From Balanoglossus misakiensis (Eukaryota > Animalia > Hemichordata), in NCBI GenBank assembly GCA_040954595.2, contig CM082577.2:14267903-14331902 (forward strand): DNA of 64,000 bases. Direction: 5' to 3'. The first letter of the stretch is position 1. Each line of letters starts with the position of its first letter. The position numbers and the translations under genes are program-made. Positions 58,710 to 64,000 of this stretch are shown here, piece by piece. The notes under the pieces are model-generated. The model did not search any database. It was not told where the DNA came from and worked only from the letters and a program-made list of their open reading frames with translations.

Positions 58710-59589
58710 ATGTACATGAGGACAACTAGAGAAATGATTATTCTACTGACCACGGACATAAACTGACGTCCCAACACTTGTCAAATTGCGTGCCGTAAAT
58801 CCTTTTTTTTCAATATAATTCTGATGAAAATTTTTCCAATTTTGCACAAAGACTCCGCACACACTTCATTATAGAAACGTACTGATAAAAAAATTCTGGA
58901 ATACTGTCATTTTTCTGACAATCTGTACACCGCATTAAATCTTCGCGTTGTTTACATCAGGGTTGTAGGTGAAACGTTGAAACCACTTCCGTTGCCATCT
59001 TTCCACTCCACCTGGCCTGTGTTGCAGATCGACGGCATCCAACTGACAGGTGGTCCATTCACAAATCATTTGGCTTCACAGGTGCTTTCCACAACTCGCA
59101 ATCCCGCATGCGTCGACTTTGATATGTCGCCCACCTTCCCCGTTCTGTATCTAGAGAAACTGGAATAAGAATGTACATTTATAAATGTTTCTTTAAAATG
59201 TTCAGCAATTAAATGGACCGTGAACTTTGCATAGGTTAGTAAGGTTATTGCATATTAAGTCCAGCTGGTTCCTTGAAATTATTCCTGGCATTCGGTTGAA
59301 TTGTGCACTTGTTCCTAGCAGACGACCACCAAACGCACAGCGCCATCCCACATTAGTTCATGTGTTTATTATAACCGTTGGATGTAAATGTCTGACATGG
59401 CTAGATTAGCTGGACTATACCAAGGAGTTAAAAACAAAATCTCTTGAATCTAACTATTTTTTATGAGAAATATCACAATTGTTGCTATGACGACACCAAT
59501 CACATACCCGATGATGATATTAATCAGTAGTCCAAGTCCACAAACTGAATGTTAGGATAAAATTCACAAGCATTATTTCTAAGACATGC

Positions 59590-59662
59590 ATGCACAAACA
59601 CACACGCACACGCACGCACGCACACGCACGCGCACGCGCACACACACACGCACACACACACA
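59590..59662. repeat. (CA)n/(CACG)n microsatellite
   Basis: Direct reading. Confidence 0.95.
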
Positions 59663-60915
59663 CCAACTCCCCGTGATGGTAGTGCACATATTTAGAAACA
59701 TGATAGTCCTTCAGATGTCTTCAAAGTAAAGTGTTGGAGGAGGATTTTGAAAAAAAGAAAGAAAATACGGTAGGGTGTTTACAATTTAGCATCGGCAAAA
59801 ATAATCGCTTTAATTTTTTTTTCTCTCAAGGTAAACAATGAAATTTGACCTTAGGAGTGGTTCTGTACCAAGTCAAATATCCAGTTAGAAGAATAACTCG
59901 TGGTATTTGGACAAATTGCGGGATATCAAACGGCGCACAATATAACTCGGTTAAAAACCAGTTTGAGCATTAGTACCGTATTTGTTCAACCTGGAAGTAA
60001 CCAGCACGATACCTCATTTATCATCACGGAAATGTCACATTTTCTTGACTCGTGAACCATGGCCATATATGCGTCTAATTGCTGCCTTAGTCGTGTCTGA
60101 TTATAGTAAGAAAACGCTCCCATAGAAGTCATAGTAGTCGCTGACAATTTCATTTTCTTCAACATCATGAAATGAAACATGGAAAGTTTACGTAACACGT
60201 CACGGTTCTCATAAAAATGATCCACAAATTAAACGAGTAAAATATAACATATGGTTCCATCAACCATGATATGTAATGTGTAAGGGGAAAACTAATATAT
60301 TCTGTCTTCATGTCGTCATGCTGAGAATTCTCTATGTCAGTGTTTACTCCCGTTAAAATATATGACTTTAGCAAACTTTTCATTGGTGTACCTTCGACTA
60401 TGTTTTTATTTAATTTTGGACACCACTGTATTTCGCATTTATCACTCTGAGAGTCCTCCATCAGTGTTTACTTGGATTTATAAAAATATGTCTCCAGCAG
60501 CTTTCTGATAAACGACCTGTCATTATTTTTGAAAATAAATTTGGGACACGCGTTCAGCGTTAACATTGTATTCGAGTCACTTTGCCCGTCGACTGGTCTT
60601 GCCGGAAGTTGTTCCAATACCTGCAGAAGATCCATTCCTTTGTGAGTATCAACATTCCACTTCTAGATTTTGTTTGGACTGAACTTTCCGAATTTCACGC
60701 ATATCGCATTGCCTGTGCGCAAAACACTATAATTTCTGCCCCGTATCCACACAAGGCTTTGCAAAAGAGAATTCAACAATGCTCCGTGCTATTGGCGCTA
60801 AACCAACATTCTCGGGCCGAAATACCAGGCGTTGAACCAATATGTTGGCAAAATTTACATTTCAATGCGAATACTTTTTAAAAATGTGTCGGTTGACGTA
60901 AAAAACAATGTCTAC

Positions 60916-62624
60916 TAGTCCTGTTTCAAAATGACCTACATTACACGTCCTATACACATGTATTGCCTGTTCTGATTGGTTTATCCGATTCTCTAAGGTC
61001 CACTTGCGGCACGCTGATTGGAGGGACCTTATAGGTTAGGTCTTATTACTATGTATTATTCACTAGACCTTGTAGGTTAGGTCTTATTATTATGCATTAT
61101 TCACTTTACAGCTCCTTGATTGGTTAATGTGTAGGTCTGGTCCTCCAGTGTTCACTGCCTCATTATACAGGACCTTATAGGTTAGGTCTTATTAATATGT
61201 ATTTATTCACCATACAGCTCCCTGATTGGTTAACGTGTTAGTCTGGTCCCCCATGTGTTCACTGCCTCATTATACAGGACCTTGTAGGTTAGGTCTTATT
61301 AACATGCATTTATTCAATTTTCAGCTCCCTGATTGGTTAATGTGTAGGTCTCCAATTTTCACTGCCTCGTTATGCAAAGTCTTTTGTACTTTCTGAATAC
61401 AGTTGTCGTATTCTGTCTGCCATGCTGCCTGCGCGTTGTCGAAGCTCGATCCCAGTGTATAAAGAAAGGCACTCATATAATGATTGGATTTCACCTTTTC
61501 CTTCACTATTCATGGCATTTTATGTGATACTGTGAACTAGATACTCGAAATAAAAATTGTCAGGAGAAATTTCGTATTTTATTTCCAGTGGCGGTTTGTT
61601 GAAATGGGCTAGTGTTTTGTTACGTAATGCCTTTCAGCGCATCACTTCGTGTAACACCTGGCTGAATACGAAGTGTGTGCTATTCATTCGAGCAAACCAA
61701 AAATATCTTACAATAGAAATGTTTAGAATAGCATTGCATTTCTTTAATTGGGATACCTCATTAGTTGCTTTACAGGTATGATTACTTTTATTGAACTTCT
61801 TTCACGAAGCTGCACCGTCATAGTTCCATTTTTATGAAAACAATATACGAATGTATAAACGGACAACGTGCTCCTTATCACAACATGTTCGTCAAAACAT
61901 ATTTACTTTAAAATAGTAAAACAACAATAATAATATTGATGATGAGAAGTAGGAGGGTGATTAAAAAAATATACAACTGTTAGCAAAAATGCTTAGATGA
62001 GTTAATCAGATTTTCAAAGTCCATCTAAAAATCATTTAATCTTTCCAGGGTGCGGTTTATGTTGGAGATAGTATCAGTCAGGCTATTTCTCAGAAAATCA
62101 ATGAATGATCTGCGGACATCCCGAATAATGTGTTACCACAACGCTAGCCAGGAAGCACATGGGACATTTCACAATGAGGCAGTGAACACTGGGGGACCAG
62201 ACTGACATGTTAACCAATCAGGGAGCTGTATGGTGAATAAATACATATTAATAAGACCTAACCTATAAGGTCCTGTATAATGAGGCAGTGAACACATGGG
62301 GGACCAGACTAACACGTTAACCAATCAGGGAGCTGTATGGTGAATAAATACATATTAATAAGACCTAACCTACAAGGTCCTGCATAATGAGGCAGTGAAC
62401 ACTGGAGGACCAGACCTACACATTAACCAATCAGGGAGCTCTAAAGTGAATAATGCATAGTAATAAGACCTAAGCTACAAGGTCTAGTGAATAATACATA
62501 GTAATAAGACCTAACCTACAAGGTCCCTCCAATCAGCGAGCCGCAAGTGGACCTAAGATTACCAGATCGACCAATCACAGATGTCGGTACTTATGTCTTG
62601 GACCTGACTTATGAAACAGGACTA
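60916..62624. mobile_element. Academ-like non-autonomous element, copy 2
   Basis: Same TIRs as 51379-52847; 4-bp TSD CTAC (60912-15, 62625-28); more minisatellite units; core inverted relative to copy 1. Confidence 0.85.
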
Positions 62625-62720
62625 CTACAACATCCGCCGAACATTTAGCAGATTTCTTCAGAGATAAATTACATCAGTCACTATATCTCGCATCTTTTAT
62701 TTCTGCAGGTATATTGTAAA

Positions 62721-63864
62721 ATGGCGTTTAAGGCTGTATCGTGGATGATACTCGTACTCGTAGTGGTATTTCCCGACAATGCGTTACTCACAGACGAACG
62801 TGCAGGAACCGATCACAAAGTTGGTCAGTATTAATCTTCGCTCATTGATATACGGGTTTTGTTGACTACCTTAGTTATTCTGACGACAGTTCGATCGGAA
62901 GGATAACATTTTGACTAATCCCCACGTTTCGCCGATCGTAATGCTCACTCCCACTACTTTACATATTTGCATGAAATACCGTAAACATATCGCTCTCACC
63001 TGAAAACTATTTACGGTAATGAGCACGTGACTCGTTTGCATCGTTCCGTACCGAAATTGCTCAACAAGAACTATTGCATCTAATTTGCTTATCACGTGTT
63101 ATAAATACTACTTTTATTTCGCGGGCAACAACAAGGTAATTGACAGTACATATACAATAGATAAAATTAAGTAGGGTGCATCTTATTTAACTTGATAAAA
63201 ATGTACTGACTAAAGATTAAGTGTAAGGGAGCCGTAAATGCACCACTTAACATGTTTTATTTAATAAAGGTGATAGGTGAAACGTTTCTAGGGTTCAGAA
63301 CATTATTCCTACCGGGACCTGTTCATGCACCGCATGAAGCTGTTTTGTCACAAAACGCCACGTCAACTTTGATCAATAATTTATGGAATAATCATACTCC
63401 CCTATACAAAGTATCCATTGACATATGCAGATTAAATAATAATAGATTCTCAGTGGGTTGAACACGCGGAAATGAAGTCATCCGAATGATTAAACACGCC
63501 CTTTTGACCATGTATAGGTATATTCAAATTAGAGGTGACAGCTATGACAATTTACCTTTAATTCTGCCCCGGTATTGTCGTCATATAGGCCTCAGGCTAA
63601 ATTCACTTCCATATCGTCTATCCATTTTTGTGTGTTACAGTCGGGACTTCATCGCTTAATTTTACCTAAACGTCTATAATGATTCAAAGATGATGATTTT
63701 TTTAGATTTTTTTATTTCTAGCGAATCGGCCATCGAAGGATTGCTATGACATTTATCAGTTGAACAAAGAAGCCCCAAGTGGCGTATACACTGTGCAACC
63801 CATGGACAACGCAACACCATTCCAAGTCTATTGTGACATGGAAACAGATAACGGAGGGTGGACG
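62721..63864 (+). CDS. Secreted fibrinogen-related domain protein (ficolin/MFAP4-like), first two coding exons; continues off the right edge
   Basis: Exon 62721-62823 is signal-peptide-like (MAFKAVSWMILVLVVVFPDNALL..., phase 1). Exon 63722-63864 reads NRPSKDCYDIYQ...SGVYTVQP.....FQVYCDMETDNGGWT|gtatgt. Neither appears in the correct frame in the ORF track. Confidence 0.88.
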
Positions 63865-64000
63865 GTATGTAGGAATATCATCAAACACCTGTTTCGTTAA
63901 AAATAAAACGTTGCTCCGACAGAAAAAAAACACATTCAACCAAAGATGTAAAACTATAGTACATGAACCAGGTGAAAGCTAATTTGATAACATTACTCAT

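Noticed and set aside
51490-62530. Repeated GACCTTGTAGGTTAGGTCTTATTA units as a CRISPR-like array
   Set aside because: The intervening sequences are themselves repeated rather than unique spacers, there are no cas genes, the context is eukaryotic, and the units are transposon subterminal minisatellites.

Overview
This is eukaryotic, intron-rich, AT-rich and transposon-dense animal DNA. The gene content suggests a marine invertebrate deuterostome (inference only). No prokaryotic features, CRISPR array, rRNA or tRNA were seen. Host genes: (1) a minus-strand multi-exon receptor gene, signal peptide-PAN/apple-SRCR-HYR(x2)-GAIN-like, probably polycystin-1-like, running off the left edge and showing signs of decay; (2) an intact 4-exon CRAL-TRIO gene (311 aa); (3) a head-to-head pair of pentraxin-domain exon arrays with mosaic gene-conversion-like tracts and no visible 5' exon; (4) a class A GPCR pseudogene; (5) the first two coding exons of a secreted fibrinogen-related protein. 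Mobile DNA: a DIRS retrotransposon with a candidate -1 gag-pol frameshift site; an ISL2EU/Harbinger-type element (THAP-HTH-DDE transposase plus a convergent SAP-domain gene remnant); a 9.1-kb element with ~770-bp TIRs, a 5-bp TSD and C2H2 zinc-finger cargo hosting a four-deep nest of insertions; several Helentron-type HINEs, one nested in another; two Academ-like copies whose internal cores are flipped relative to each other; a LINE fragment; and many MITEs. All exon models and family assignments were made by eye and need computational confirmation.
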